From Mobula hypostoma (taxonomy: Eukaryota): DNA of 64,000 nucleotides. Below, in pieces: positions 12,301-26,800 of this stretch. The stretch spans positions 116,128,001 through 116,192,000 of the forward strand of contig NC_086107.1 in NCBI RefSeq assembly GCF_963921235.1, written 5' to 3'. The translations under genes and the position numbers were made by a program. The notes below the pieces were generated by a model that did not search any database, had not been told where the DNA came from, and saw nothing but the letters and a program-made list of their open reading frames with translations. Every line of letters starts with the position of its first letter. The first letter of the stretch is position 1.

Positions 12301-15300
12301 GGTGTGGAGGGAGATTCACTCTGTGTCTCACTCCGGGAGTGTGTGATGGGGGGTGGAGAGGGAGTTTCACTCTGTGTCTGACCCCGGGAGTGTCTGATGG
12401 GACGGTGTGGAGGGAGATTCACTGTGTGTCTGACTCCTGGAGTGTGTGATGGGACGGTGTGGAGGGAGATTCACTCTGTGTCTGACCCCGGGAGTGTGTG
12501 ATGGGATGGTGTGGAGGGAGATTCACTCTGTGCCTGACCCTGGGAGTGTGTGATGGGACAGTGTGGAGGGAGATTCACTCTGTGTCTGACTCCGGGAGTG
12601 TGTGATGGGGCAGTGTGGAGGGAGATTCACTCTGTGTCTGACTCCGGGAGTGTGTGATGGGTCGGTGTGGAGGGAGATTCACTCTGTCTGACCCCGGGAG
12701 TGTGTGATGGGACGGTGTGGAGGGAGATTCACTCTGTGTCTGACTCCGGGAGTGTGTGATGGGGGGTGTGGAGGGAGATTCACTCTGTGTCTGACTCCGG
12801 GAGTGTGTGAAGGGACGGTGTGGAGGGAGATTCACTCTGTGTCTGACCCCGGGAGAGTGTGATGGGACGGCGTGGAGGGAGTTTCACTCTGTGTCTGACC
12901 CCGGGAGTGTGTGATGGGACGGTGTGGAGGGAGATTCACTCTCTGTCTGACCCCGGGAGTGTGTGATGGGACGGTGTGGAGGGAGATTCACTCTGTGTCT
13001 GACCCCGGGTGTGTGTGATGGGACGGTGTGGAGGGAGATTCACTCTGTGTCTGACCCCGGGAGAGTGTGATGGGACGGCGTGGAGGGAGTTTCACTCTGT
13101 GTCTGACCCCGGGAGTGTGTGATGGGACGGTGTGGAGGGAGATTCACTCTGTGTCTGACCCCGAGAGTGTGTGATGGGACGGTGTGGAGGGAGATGCACT
13201 CTGTGTCTGACCCCGCGAGTGTGTGATGGGACGGTGTAGAGGGAGTTTAACTCTCTGTCTGACCCCGGGAGTGTGTGATGGGACGGTGTGGAGGGAGATG
13301 CACTCTGTGTCTGACCCCGGGAGTGTCTGATGGGACAGTGCGGAGGGAGATTCACTCTGTCTGACCCCGGGAGTGTGTGATGGGACGGTGTGGAGGGAGA
13401 TTCACTCTGTGTCTGACTCCGGGAGTGTGTGATGGGGGGGGGGAGGGAGATTCACTCTGTGTCTGACTCCGGGAGTGTGTGAAGGGACGGTGTGGAGGGA
13501 CATTCACTCTGTGTCTGACCCAGGGAGTGTGTGATGGGACGGTGTGGAGGGAGCTTCACTCTGTGACTGACCCCGGGAGTGTGTGATGGGACGGTGTGGA
13601 GGGAACTTCACTCTCTGTCTGATCCCGGGAGTGTGTGATGGGACGGTGTGGAGGGAGATTCACTCTGTGTCTGACCCCGGGAGTGTCTGATAGACGGTGC
13701 GGGGGGAGATTCACTCAGTGTCTGACCCCGGGAGTGTGTGATGGGACGGTGTGGAGGGAGTTTCAGTCTGTTTCTGAACCTGGAATTGTGTGATGGGACG
13801 GTGTGGCGTGAGCTTCAGTCTGTGTCTGACCCCGGGAGTGTGTGATGGGTCGGTGTGGAGGGAGATTCACTCTGTGTCTCACTCCGGGAGTGTGTGATGG
13901 GGGGTGGAGAGGGAGTTTCACTCTGTGTCTGACCCCAGGAGTGTCTGATGGGACAGTGTGGAGGGAGATTCACTGTGTGTCTGACTCCTGGAGTGTGTGA
14001 TGGGACGGTGTGGAGGGAGATTCACTCTGTGTCTGACACCGGGAGTGTGTGATGGGACGGTGTGGAGGGAGATTCACTCTGTGCCTGACCCTGGGAGTGT
14101 GTGATGGGACAGTGTGGAGGGAGATTCACTCTGTGTCTGACTCCGGGAGTGTGTGATGGGGCAGTGTGGAGGGAGATTCACTCTGTGTCTGACCCCGGGA
14201 GTGTGTGATGGGACGGTGTGGAGGGAGTTTCACTCTGTGTCTGACCCTGGGAGTGTGTGATGGGACGGTGTGGAGGGAGCTTCACTCTGTGTCTGACCCC
14301 AGGAGTGTCTGATGGGACGGTGCAGAGGGAGCTTCACTCTGTGTCTGACCCCGGGAGTGTGTGATGGGTCGGTGTGGAGTGAGATTCACTCTGTGTCTGA
14401 CCCCGGGAGTGTGTGATGGGACGGTGTGGAGGGAGATTCACTCTGTGTCTGACCCTGGGAGTGTGTGATGGGACGGTGTGGAGGGAGTTTCACTCTCTGT
14501 CTGACCCTGGGAGTGTGTGATGGGACGGTGTGGAGGGAGATTCACTCTGTGTCTGACCCCGGGAGTGTGTGATGGGACGGTGTGGAGGGAGATTCACTCT
14601 GTGTCTGACCCCGGGAGAGTGTGATGGGACGGCGTGGAGGGAGTTTAACTCTGTGTCTGACCCCGGGAGTGTGTGATGGGACGGTGTGGAGGGAGATGCA
14701 CTCTGTGTCTGACCCCGGGAGTGTCTGATGGGACGGTGCGGAGGGAGATTCACTCTGTCTGATCCCGGGAGTGTGTGATGGGACGGTGTGGAGGGAGATT
14801 CACTCTGTGTCTGACTCCGGGAGTGTGTGATGCGGGGTGTGGAGGGAGATTCACTCTGTGTCTGACTCCAGGAGTGTGTGAAGGGACGGTGTGGAGGGAC
14901 ATTCACTCTGTGTCTGACCCTGGGAGTGTGTGATGGGACGGTGTGGAGGGAGCTTCACTCTGTGTCTGACCCCGGGAGTGTGTGATGGGACGGTGTGGAG
15001 GGAGCTTCACTCTGTGTCTGACCCCGGGAGTGTGTGATGGGACGGTGTGGAGGGAGATTCACTCTGTGTCTGAGCCCGGGAGTGTGTGATGGGACGGTGT
15101 GGAGAGATTAACTCTGTGTCTGACCAAGGGAGAGTGTGACGTGACGGTGTGGAGGGAGATTCACTCTGTGTCTGACCCCGGGAGAGTGTGATGGGACGGC
15201 GTGGAGGGAGTTTCACTCTGTGTCTGACCCCGGGAGTGTGTGATGGGACGGTGTGGAGGGAGATTCACTCTGTGTCTGACCCCGGGAGTGTGTGATGGGA

Positions 15301-16866
15301 CGGTGTGGAGGGAGATGCACTCTGTGTCTGACCCCGGGAGTGTGTGATGGGACGGTGTGGAGGGAGTTTAACTCTGTGTCTGACCCCGGGAGTGTGTGAT
15401 GGGACGGTGTGGAGGGAGATGCACTCTGTGTCTGACCCCGGGAGTGTCTGATGGGACGGTGCGGAGGGAGATTCACTCTGTCTGACCCCGGGAGTGTGTG
15501 ATGGGACGGTGTGGAGGGAGATTCACTCTGTGTCTGACTCCGGGAGTGTGTGATGGGGGGTGTGGAGGGAGATTCACTCTGTGTCTGACTCCAGGAGTGT
15601 GTGAAGGGACGGTGTGGAGGGACATTCACTCTGTGTCTGACCCTGAGAGTGTGTGATGGGACGGTGTGGAGGGAGCTTCACTCTGTGTCTGACCCCGGGA
15701 GTGTGTGATGGGACGGTGTGGAGGGAGCTTCACTCTGTGTCTGACCCCGGGAGTGTGTGATGGGACGGTGTGGAGGGAGATTCACTCTGTGTCTGACCCC
15801 GGGAGTGTGTGATGGGACGGTGTGGAGGGAGTTTAACTCTGTGTCTGACCCCGGGAGTGTGTGATGGGACGATGTGGAGGGAACTTCACTCTGTGTCTGA
15901 TCCCGGGAGTGTGTGATGGGACTGTGTGGAGGGAGATTCACTCTGTGTCTGACCCCGGGAGTGTCTGATAGACGGTGCGGAGGGAGATTCACTCAGTGTC
16001 TGACCCCGGGAGTGTGTGATGGGACGGTGTGGAGGGAACTTCACTCCGTGTCTGATCCCAGGAGTGTGTGATGTGACTGTGTGGAGGGAGATTCACTCTG
16101 TGTCTGACCCCGGGAGTGTCTGATAGACGGTGCGGAGGGAGATTCACTCTGTGTCTGACCCCGGGAGTGTGTGATGGGACGGTGTGGAGGGAGTTTCAGT
16201 CTGTTTCTGAACCTGGAATTGTGTGATGGGACGGTGTGGCGGGAGCTTCAGTCTGTGTCTGACCCCAGGAGTGTGTGATGGGTCGGTGTGGAGGGAGATT
16301 CACTCTGTGTCTGACTCCGGGAGTGTGTGATGGGGGGTGTGGAGGGAGTTTCACTCTGTGTCTGACCCCGGGAGTGTCTGATGGGACGGTGTGGAGGGAG
16401 ATTCACTCTGTGTCTGACTCCTGGAGTGTGTGATGGGACGGTGTGGAGGGAGATTCACTCTGTGTCTGACCCCGGGAGTGTGTGATGGGACGGTGTGGAG
16501 GGAGATTCACTCTGTGCCTGACCCTGGGTGTGTGTGATGGGACAGTGTGGAGGGAGATTCACTCTGTGTCTGACTCCGGGAGTGTGTGATGGGGCAGTGT
16601 GGAGCGAGATTCACTCTGTGTCTGACCCCGGGAGTGTGTGATGGGACGGTGTGGAGGGATTTTCACTCGTGTCTGACCCCGGGAGTGTGTGATGGGACGG
16701 TGTGGAGGGAGTTTCACTCTGTGTCTGACCCCGGGAGTGTGTGATGGGACAGTGTGGAGGGAGATTCACTCTGTGTCTGACCCCGGGAGTGTGTGATGGG
16801 ACGGTGTGGAGGGAGCTTCACTCTGTGTCTGACCCCGGGAGTGTGTGATGGGACGGTGTGGAGTGA
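9328..16866. repeat. 52-bp satellite array 1 (GGGAGTGTGTGATGGGACGGTGTGGAGGGAGATTCACTCTGTGTCTGACCCC)
   Basis: About 7.5 kb and about 145 copies, with a higher-order period near 1.5 kb. Confidence 0.98.
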
Positions 16867-16921
16867 CATTATCCTGCTGGATGATAATCATGACAATAGA
16901 GGGAAGGTATCTGATCATTCA

Positions 16922-16927
16922 TTTATT
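16922..16927 (-). promoter_or_regulatory. Candidate polyadenylation signal AATAAA
   Basis: TTTATT on the + strand, about 100 nt downstream of the predicted stop. Confidence 0.5.
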
Positions 16928-17028
16928 GGTAGATTATTCAGCAGTAACAGCAATGGGAGAACAGGGTGATCACTACTCACTGGGACTGTGCCCTCCTGCC
17001 TCCCTGGTGGACAGCTCCTGGGCGCATG

Positions 17029-17205
17029 TCAGAGCGTCTTGGTGCAACCCCTCCTTGTAGCATCCGGTGTTTGCGCCTGGGGCTGTGGGTCAGGGTGACA
17101 GTGAGGTGTGGAGTCCAACCCACTCTCTTGCTGCTGGCCGTCCATTTGTGCTCCCGCTCTGCTCCCTTGTTTCCCCTGGATGGGCAGTGTGTCCCTGCCC
17201 TCCGT
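17029..17205 (-). CDS. tex14: Putative terminal coding exon (TEGRDTLPIQ..RRGCTKTL*)
   Basis: tctcccttcttgttgcag acceptor, phase 0, open to TGA, with AATAAA about 100 nt further on. It is a unique-sequence island between two satellites. Confidence 0.5.
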   Translation of the reverse strand, partial: TEGRDTLPIQGKQGSRAGAQMDGQQQESGLDSTPHCHPDPQPQAQTPDATRRGCTKTL

Positions 17206-17599
17206 CTGCAACAAGAAGGGGAGACCCATCAGGGAGGTGGCTGCCTCCCTCCCCCCGGGATCCAAAGGGCACAGGTTTTTTAAGGTGAGAAGGGAGAAAG
17301 AAGCTTAATAGAGACCAAATGGGCAACATTCTCAGGCAGAGGGTGGCTCACTGGGAGCACCTGTTATGTGAGAAACGGAGGGTGGGTCCAGTGAAATATT
17401 CAGACAGACGGACAGAAACAACCCCTCTGATCCACACTGACCCAGTCCAGATCAGTCCCCTCAGCCTTCAGTTGGACGACATCCCACTGAACCTTCCCTC
17501 TGCATGTATCTCTCCCGGTGTTGTACAATCCACCAACCTCCAGCACTTACACTTCCCCGGAGCCTCATTCCAGTGATGGACCACCCTTACCTCTGCATG

Positions 17600-17815
17600 A
17601 AAAAGCTGCCCTCGAGTCTCCATTAAACTTCCTCCCTCTCACCGTGAACACCAGTGCCCTTTGGTTCTGGATTCCCCAAACTGTCCAGTCTCTCCTTGTA
17701 ACAAAAGGCCTCGGGTTCCGGGCAATCTTCTCTGCACCCTCCCAGCTTAAACACACACTTCCTGTAGCTGGGCGAGCAGAACTGCCCACAGCACTCAGAC
17801 TCCCGTCTCACCAAC
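17600..17815 (-). mobile_element. Degenerate CR1 RT fragment that runs directly into the 34-bp array
   Basis: LVRRESECCGQFCSPSYRKCVFKL resembles CR1 LVRPHLEYCVQFWSP.YRKDV.KL. Confidence 0.75.
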
Positions 17816-20800
17816 ACCCTGACAGCACCCAGACTCCCGTCTCACCAACACCCTGACAGCACCCAGACTCCCGTCTCACCAACACCCTGACAGCACTCAG
17901 ACTCCCGTCTCACCAACACCCTGACAGCACCCAGACTCCCGTCTCACCAACACCCTGACAGCACTCAGACTCCCGTCTCACCAACACCCTGACAGCACTC
18001 AGACTCCCGTCTCACCAACACCCTGACAGCACCCAGACTCCCGTCTCACCAACACCCTGACAGTACTCACACTCCCGTCTCACGAACACCCTGACAGCAC
18101 CCAGACTCCAGTCTCACCAACACCCTGACAGCACTCAGACTCCGGTCTCACCAACACCCTGACAGCACCCAGACTCCCGTCTCACCAACACCCTGACAGC
18201 ACTCAGACTCCAGTCTCACCAACACCCTGACAGCACACAGACTCCCGTCTCACCAACACCCTGACAGCACTCAGACTCCAGTCTCACCAACACCCTGACA
18301 GCACCCAGACTCCAGTCTCACCAACACCCTGACAGCACCCAGACTCCAGTCTCACCAACACCCTGACAGCACCCAGACTCCAGTCTCACCAACACCCTGA
18401 CAGCACCCAGACTCCCGTCTCACCAACACCCTGACAGCACTCAGACTCCCGTCTCACCAACACCCTGACAGCACTCAGACTCCAGTCTCACCAACACCCT
18501 GACAGCACCCAGACTCCAGTCTCACCAACACCCTGACAGCACCCAGACTCCAGTCTCACCAACACCCTGACAGCACTCAGGCTCCCGTCTCACCAACACC
18601 CTGACAGCACCCAGACTCCAGTCTCACCAACACCCTGACAGCACTCAGACTCCCGTCTCACCAACACCCTGACAGTACTCACACTCCCGTCTCACCAACA
18701 CCCTGACAGCACTCACACTCCCGTCTCACGAACACCCTGACAGCACCCAGACTCCAGTCTCACCAACACCCTGACAGCACCCAGACTCCAGTCTCACCAA
18801 CACCCTGACAGCACTCAGACTCCCGTCTCACCAACACCCTGACAGCACCCAGACTCCAGTCTCACCAACACCCTGACAGCACTCAGACTCCCGTCTCACC
18901 AACACCCTGACAGTACTCACACTCCCGTCTCACCAACACCCTGACAGCACTCAGACTCCCGTCTCACCAACACCCTGACAGCACCCAGACTCCCGTCTCA
19001 CCAACACCCTGACAGCACTCAGACTCCCGTCTCACCAACACCCTGACAGCACTCAGACTCTCGTCTCACCAACACACTGACAGCACTCAGACTCCCGTCT
19101 CACCAACACCCTGACAGCACTCAGACTCCAGTCTCACCAACACCCTGACAGCACTCAGACTCCGGTCTCACCAACACCCTGACAGCACTGAGACTCTCGT
19201 CACACCAACACCCTGACAGCACCCAGACTCCAGTCTCACCAACACCCTGACAGCACCCAGACTCCCGTCTCACCAACACCCTGACAGCACCCAGACTCCC
19301 GTCTCACCAACACCCTGACAGCACTCAGACTCCCGTCTCACCAACACCCTGACAGCACTCAGACTCCCGTCTCACCAACACCCTGACAGCACTCAGACTC
19401 CCGTCTCACCAAAACCCTGACAGCACTCAGACTCCCGTCTCACCAACACCCTGACAGCACTCAGACTCCCGTCTCACCAACACCCTGACAGCACCCAGAC
19501 TCCCGTCTCACCAACACCCTGACAGCACCCAGACTCCAGTCTCACCAACACCGTCACAGCACTCAGACTCCCGTCTCACCAACACCCTGACAGCACCCAG
19601 ACTCCCGTCTCACCAACACCCTGACAGCACCCAGACTCCCGTCTCACCAACACCCTGACAGCACTCAGACTCCAGTCTCACCAACACCGTCACAGCACTC
19701 AGACTCCCGTCTCACCAACACCCTGACAGCACTCAGACTCCCGTCTCACCAACACCCTGACAGCACCCAGACTCCAGTCTCACCAACACCCTGACAGCAC
19801 TCAGACTCCCGTGTCACCAACACCGTCACAGCACCCAGACTCCAGTCTCACCAACACCCTGACAGCACTCGGACTCCCGTCTCACCAACACCCTGACAGC
19901 ACCCAGACTCCAGTCTCACCAACACCCTGACAGCACTCGGACTCCCGTCTCACCAACACCCTGACAGCACTCAGACTCCCGTCTCACCAACACCGTCACA
20001 GCACCCAGACTCCAGTCTCACCAACACCCTGACAGCACTCAGACTCCAGTCTCACCAACACCCTGACAGCACTCAGACTCCAGTCTCACCAACACCCTGA
20101 CAGCACCCAGACTCCAGTCTCACCAACACCCTGACAGCACTCAGACTCCCGTCTCACCAACACCCTGACAGCACTCAGACTCCCGTCTCACCAACACCCT
20201 GACAGCACCCAGACTCCAGTCTCACCAACACCCTGACAGCACCCAGACTCCCGTCTCACCAACACCCTGACAGCACCCAGACTCCAGTCTCACCAACACC
20301 CTGACAGCACCCAGACTCCCGTCTCACCAACACCCTGACAGCACTCAGACTCCCGTCTCACCAACACCCTGACAGCACCCAGACTCCCGTCTCACCAACA
20401 CCCTGACAGCACCCAGACTCCAGTCTCACCAACACCGTCACAGCACTCAGACTCCCGTCTCACCAACACCCTGACAGCACCCAGACTCCCGTCTCACCAA
20501 CACCCTGACAGCACCCAGACTCCCGTCTCACCAACACCCTGACAGCACTCAGACTCCCGTCTCACCAACACCGTCACAGCACTCAGACTCCCGTCTCACC
20601 AACACCCTGACAGCACTCAGACTCCCGTCTCACCAACACCCTGACAGCACCCAGACTCCAGTCTCACCAACACCCTGACAGCACTCAGACTCCCGTCTCA
20701 CCAACACCGTCACAGCACTCAGACTCCAGTCTCACCAACACCCTGACAGCACTCAGACTCCCGTCTCACCAACACCCTGACAGCACCCAGACTCCAGTCT

Positions 20801-23800
20801 CACCAACACCCTGACAGCACTCGGACTCCCGTCTCACCAACACCCTGACAGCACCCAGACTCCCGTCTCACCAACACCGTCACAGCACTCAGACTCCAGT
20901 CTCACCAACACCCTGACAGCACTCAGACTCCAGTCTCACCAACACCCTGACAGCACTCAGACTCCAGTCTCACCAACACCCTGACAGCACCCAGACTCCA
21001 GTCTCACCAACACCCTGACAGCACTCAGACTCCCGTCTCACCAACACCCTGACAGCACTCAGACTCCCGTCTCACCAACACCCTGACAGCACCCAGACTC
21101 CAGTCTCACCAACACCCTGACAGCACCCAGACTCCCGTCTCACCAACACCCTGACAGCACCCAGACTCCAGTCTCACCAACACCCTGACAGCACCCAGAC
21201 TCCAGTCTCACCAACACCCTGACAGCACCCAGACTCCAGTCTCACCAACACCCTGACAGCACCCAGACTCCCGTCTCACCAACACCCTGACAGCACTCAG
21301 ACTCCCATCTCACCAACACCCTGACAGCACCCAGACTGCCATCTCACCAACACCCTGACAGCACCCAGACTCCGGTCTCACCAACACCCTGACAGAACTC
21401 GGACTCCAGTCTCACCAACACCGTCACAGCACTCAGACTCTTGTCTCACCAACATCCTGACAGCACTCAGACTCCCGTCTCACCAACACCCTGACAGCAC
21501 TGAGACTCCCGTCTCACCAACACCCTGACAGAACTCAGACTCTGGTCTCACCAACACCGTCACAGCACTCAGACTCCCGTCTCACCAACACCGTCACAGC
21601 ACTCAAACTCCCATCTCACCAACACCCTGACAGCACTCAGACTCTCGTCTCACCAACACCGTCACAGCACCCAGACTCCGGTCTCACCAACACCCTGACA
21701 GCACTCAGACTCCAGTCTCACCAACACCCTGACAGCACTCAGACTCCGGTCTCACCAACACCCTGACAGCACTCAGACTCCCGTCTCACCAACACCCTGA
21801 CAGCACCCAGACTCCGGTCTCACCAACACCCTGACAGCACCCAGACTCCCGTCTCACCAACACCCTGACAGCACTCAGACTCTCGTCTCACCAACACCGT
21901 CACAGCACTCAGACTCCGGTCTCACCAACACCCTGACAGCACTGAGACTCCTGTCTCACCAACACCCTGACAGCACCCAGACTCCGGTCTCACCAACACC
22001 CTGACAGCACCCAGACTCCGGTCTCACCAACACCCTGACAGCACTCAGACTCCCGTCTCACCAACACCCTGACAGCACTCAGACTCCGGTCTCACCAACA
22101 CCGTCACAGCACTCAGACTCCGGTCTCACCAACACCCTGACAGCACTCAGACTCCCGTCTCACCAACACCCTGACAGCACCCAGACTCCAGTCTCACCAA
22201 CACCCTGACAGCACTCAGACTCCGGTCTCACCAACACCCTGACAGCACTGAGACTCCAGTCTCACCAACACCCTGACAGCACCCAGACTCCAGTCTCACC
22301 AACACCCTGACAGCACCCAGACTCCAGTCTCACCAACACCGTCACAGCACTCAAACTCCCGTCTCACCAACACCCTGACAGCACCCAGACTCCAGTCTCA
22401 CCAACACCCTGACAGCACTCAGACTCTCGTCTCACCAACACCCTGACAGCACCCAGACTCCCATCTCACCAACACCCTGACAGCACTCAGACTCCAGTCT
22501 CACCAACACCCTGACAGCACCCAGACTCCAGTCTCACCAACACCCTGACAGCACTCAGACTCCCATCTCACCAACACCCTGACAGCACTCAGACTCCGGT
22601 CTCACCAACACCCTGACAGCACTCAAACTCCCATCTCACCAACACCCTGACAGCACCCAGACTCCAGTCTCACCAACACCCTGACAGCACTCAGACTCCA
22701 GTCTCACCAACACCCTGACAGCACCCAGACTCCAGTCTCACCAACACCCTGACAGCACCCAGACTCCCGTCTCACCAACACCGTCACAGCACTCAAACTC
22801 CCGTCTCACCAACACCCTGACAGCACCCAGACTCCAGTCTCACCAACACCCTGACAGCACTCAGACTCCCGTCTCACCAACACCCTGACAGCACCCAGAC
22901 TCCCATCTCACCAACACCCTGACAGCACTCAGACTCCAGTCTCACCAACACCCTGACAGCACCCAGACTCCAGTCTCACCAACACCCTGACAGCACTCAG
23001 ACTCTCGTCTCACCAACACCCTGACAGCACCCAGACTCCCATCTCACCAACACCCTGACAGCACTCAGACTCCAGTCTCACCAACACCCTGACAGCACTC
23101 AGACTCCAGTCTCACCAACACCCTGACAGCACTCAGACTCCCGTCTCACCAACACCCTGACAGCACTCAGACTCCCGTCTCACCAACACCCTGACAGCAC
23201 TCAGACTCCAGTCTCACCAACACCCTGACAGCACTCAGACTCCCGTCTCACCAACACCCTGACAGCACTCAGACTCCAGTCTCACCAACACCCTGACAGC
23301 ACTCAGACTCCCGTCTCACCAACACCCTGACAGCACTCAGACTCCCGTCTCACCAACACCCTGACAGCACTCAGACTCCCGTCTCACCAACACCCTGACA
23401 GCACTCAGACTCCCGTCTCACCAACACCCTGACAGCACCCAGACTCCAGTCTCACCAACACCCTGACAGCACTCAGACTCCGGTCTCACCAACACCCTGA
23501 CAGCACTCAGACTCCAGTCTCACCAACACCCTGACAGCACTCAGACTCCCGTCTCACCAACACCCTGACAGCACTCAGACTCCCGTCTCACCAACACCCT
23601 GACAGCACTCAGACTCCCGTCTCACCAACACCCTGACAGCACTCAGACTCCAGTCTCACCAACACCCTGACAGCACTCAGACTCCCGTCTCACCAACACC
23701 CTGACAGCACTCAGACTCCAGTCTCACCAACACCCTGACAGCACTCAGACTCCAGTCTCACCAACACCCTGACAGCACTCAGACTCCAGTCTCACCAACA

Positions 23801-26800
23801 CCCTGACAGCACTCAGACTCCCGTCTCACCAACACCGTCACAGCACTCAGACTCCGGTCTCACCAACACCCTGACAGCACTCAAACTCCCATCTCACCAA
23901 CACCCTGACAGCACTCAGACTCCCGTCTCACCAACACCCTGACAGCACTCAGACTCCCGTCTCACCAACACCCTGACAGCACTCAGACTCCCGTCTCACC
24001 AACACCCTGACAGCACTCAGACTCCCGTCTCACCAACACCCTGACAGCACTCAGACTCCCGTCTCACCAACACCCTGACAGCACTCAGACTCCAGTCTCA
24101 CCAACACCCTGACAGCACTCAGACTCCAGTCTCACCAACACCCTGACAGCACTCAGACTCCCGTCTCACCAACACCCTGACAGCACTCAGACTCCGTTCT
24201 CACCAACACCCTGACAGCACTCAGACTCCCGTCTCACCAACACCCTGACAGCACTCAGACTCCCGTCTCACCAACACCCTGACAGCACCCAGACTCCAGT
24301 CTCACCAACACCCTGACAGCACTCAGACTCCCGTCTCACCAACACCCTGACAGCACTCAGACTCCAGTCTCACCAACACCCTGACAGCACTCAGACTCCC
24401 GTCTCACCAACACCCTGACAGCACTCAGACTCCCGTCTCACCAACACCCTGACAGCACTCAGACTCCCGTCTCACCAACACCCTGACAGCACTCAGACTC
24501 CCGTCTCACCAACACCCTGACAGCACTCAGACTCCCGTCTCACCAACACCCTGACAGCACCCAGACTCCAGTCTCACCAACACCCTGACAGCACTCAGAC
24601 TCCAGTCTCACCAACACCCTGACAGCACTCAGACTCCCGTCTCACCAACACCCTGACAGCACTCAGACTCCCGTCTCACCAACACCCTGACAGCACTCAG
24701 ACTCCGGTCTCACCAACACCCTGACAGCACTCAGACTCCCGTCTCACCAACACCCTGACAGCACTCAGACTCCCGTCTCACCAACACCCTGACAGCACTC
24801 AGACTCCCGTCTCACCAACACCCTGACAGCACTCAGACTCCAGTCTCACCAACACCCTGACAGCACTCAGACTCCCGTCTCACCAACACCCTGACAGCAC
24901 TCAGACTCCCGTCTCACCAACACCCTGACAGCACCAGACTCCAGTCTCACCAACACCCTGACAGCACTCAGACTCCCGTCTCACCAACACCCTGACAGCA
25001 CTCAGACTCCCGTCTCACCAACACCCTGACAGCACTCAGACTCTCGTCTCACCAACACCCTGACAGCACCCAGACTCCAGTCTCACCAACACCCTGACAG
25101 CACTCAGACTCCCGTCTCACCAACACCCTGACAGCACTCAGACTCCAGTCTCACCAACACCCTGACAGCACTCAGACTCCCGTCTCACCAACACCCTGAC
25201 AGCACTCAGACTCCGTCTCACCAACACCCTGACAGCACTCAGACTCCAGTCTCACCAACACCCTGACAGCACTCAGACTCCGTCTCACCAACACCCTGAC
25301 AGCACTCAGACTCCCGTCTCACCAACACCCTGACAGCACTCAGACTCCAGTCTCACCAACACCCTGACAGCACTCAGACTCCAGTCTCACCAACACCCTG
25401 ACAGCACTCAGACTCCCGTCTCACCAACACCCTGACAGCACCCAGACTCCCGTCTCACCAACACCCTGACAGCACTCAGACTCCAGTCTCACCAACACCC
25501 TGACAGCACTCAGACTCCCGTCTCACCAACACCCTGACAGCACTCAGACTCCGTCTCACCAACACCCTGACAGCACTCAGACTCCGTCTCACCAACACCC
25601 TGACAGCACTCAGACTCCGTCTCACCAACACCCTGACAGCACTCAGACTCCGTCTCACCAACACCCTGACAGCACTCAGACTCCCGTCTCACCAACACCC
25701 TGACAGCACTCAGACTCCCGTCTCACCAACACCCTGACAGCACTCAGACTCCGTCTCACCAACAGACTCCCTGACAGCACTCAGACTCCCGTCTCACCAA
25801 CACCCTGACAGCACTCAGACTCCCGTCTCACCAACACCCTGACAGCACTCAGACTCCGTCTCACCAACACCCTGACAGCACTCAGACTCCCGTCTCACCA
25901 ACACCCTGACAGCACTCAGACTCCCGTCTCACCAACACCCTGACAGCACTCAGACTCCCGTCTCACCAACACCCTGACAGCACTCAGACTCCGGTCTCAC
26001 CAACACCCTGACAGCACTCAGACTCCGGTCTCACCAACACCCTGACAGCACTCAGACTCCCGTCTCACCAACACCCTGACAGCACTCAGACTCCAGTCTC
26101 ACCAACACCCTGACAGCACTCAGACTCCAGTCTCACCAACACCCTGACAGCACTCAGACTCCCGTCTCACCAACACCCTGACAGCACTCAGACTCCAGTC
26201 TCACCAACACCCTGACAGCACTCAGACTCCCGTCTCACCAACACCCTGACAGCACTCAGACTCCCGTCTCACCAACACCCTGACAGCACTCAGACTCCAG
26301 TCTCACCAACACCCTGACAGCACTCAGACTCCCGTCTCACCAACACCCTGACAGCACTCAGACTCCCGTCTCACCAACACCCTGACAGCACTCAGACTCC
26401 CGTCTCACCAACACCCTGACAGCACTCAGACTCCCGTCTCACCAACACCCTGACAGCACTCAGACTCCCGTCTCACCAACACCCTGACAGCACTCAGACT
26501 CCCGTCTCACCAACACCCTGACAGCACTCAGACTCCCGTCTCACCAACACCCTGACAGCACTCAGACTCCCGTCTCACCAACACCCTGACAGCACTCAGA
26601 CTCCCGTCTCACCAACACCCTGACAGCACTCAGACTCCCGTCTCACCAACACCCTGACAGCACTGAGACTCCCGTCTCACCAACACCCTGACAGCACTCA
26701 GACTCCCGTCTCACCAACACCCTGACAGCACTCAGACTCCCGTCTCACCAACACCCTGACAGCACTCAGACTCCCGTCTCACCAACACCCTGACAGCACT

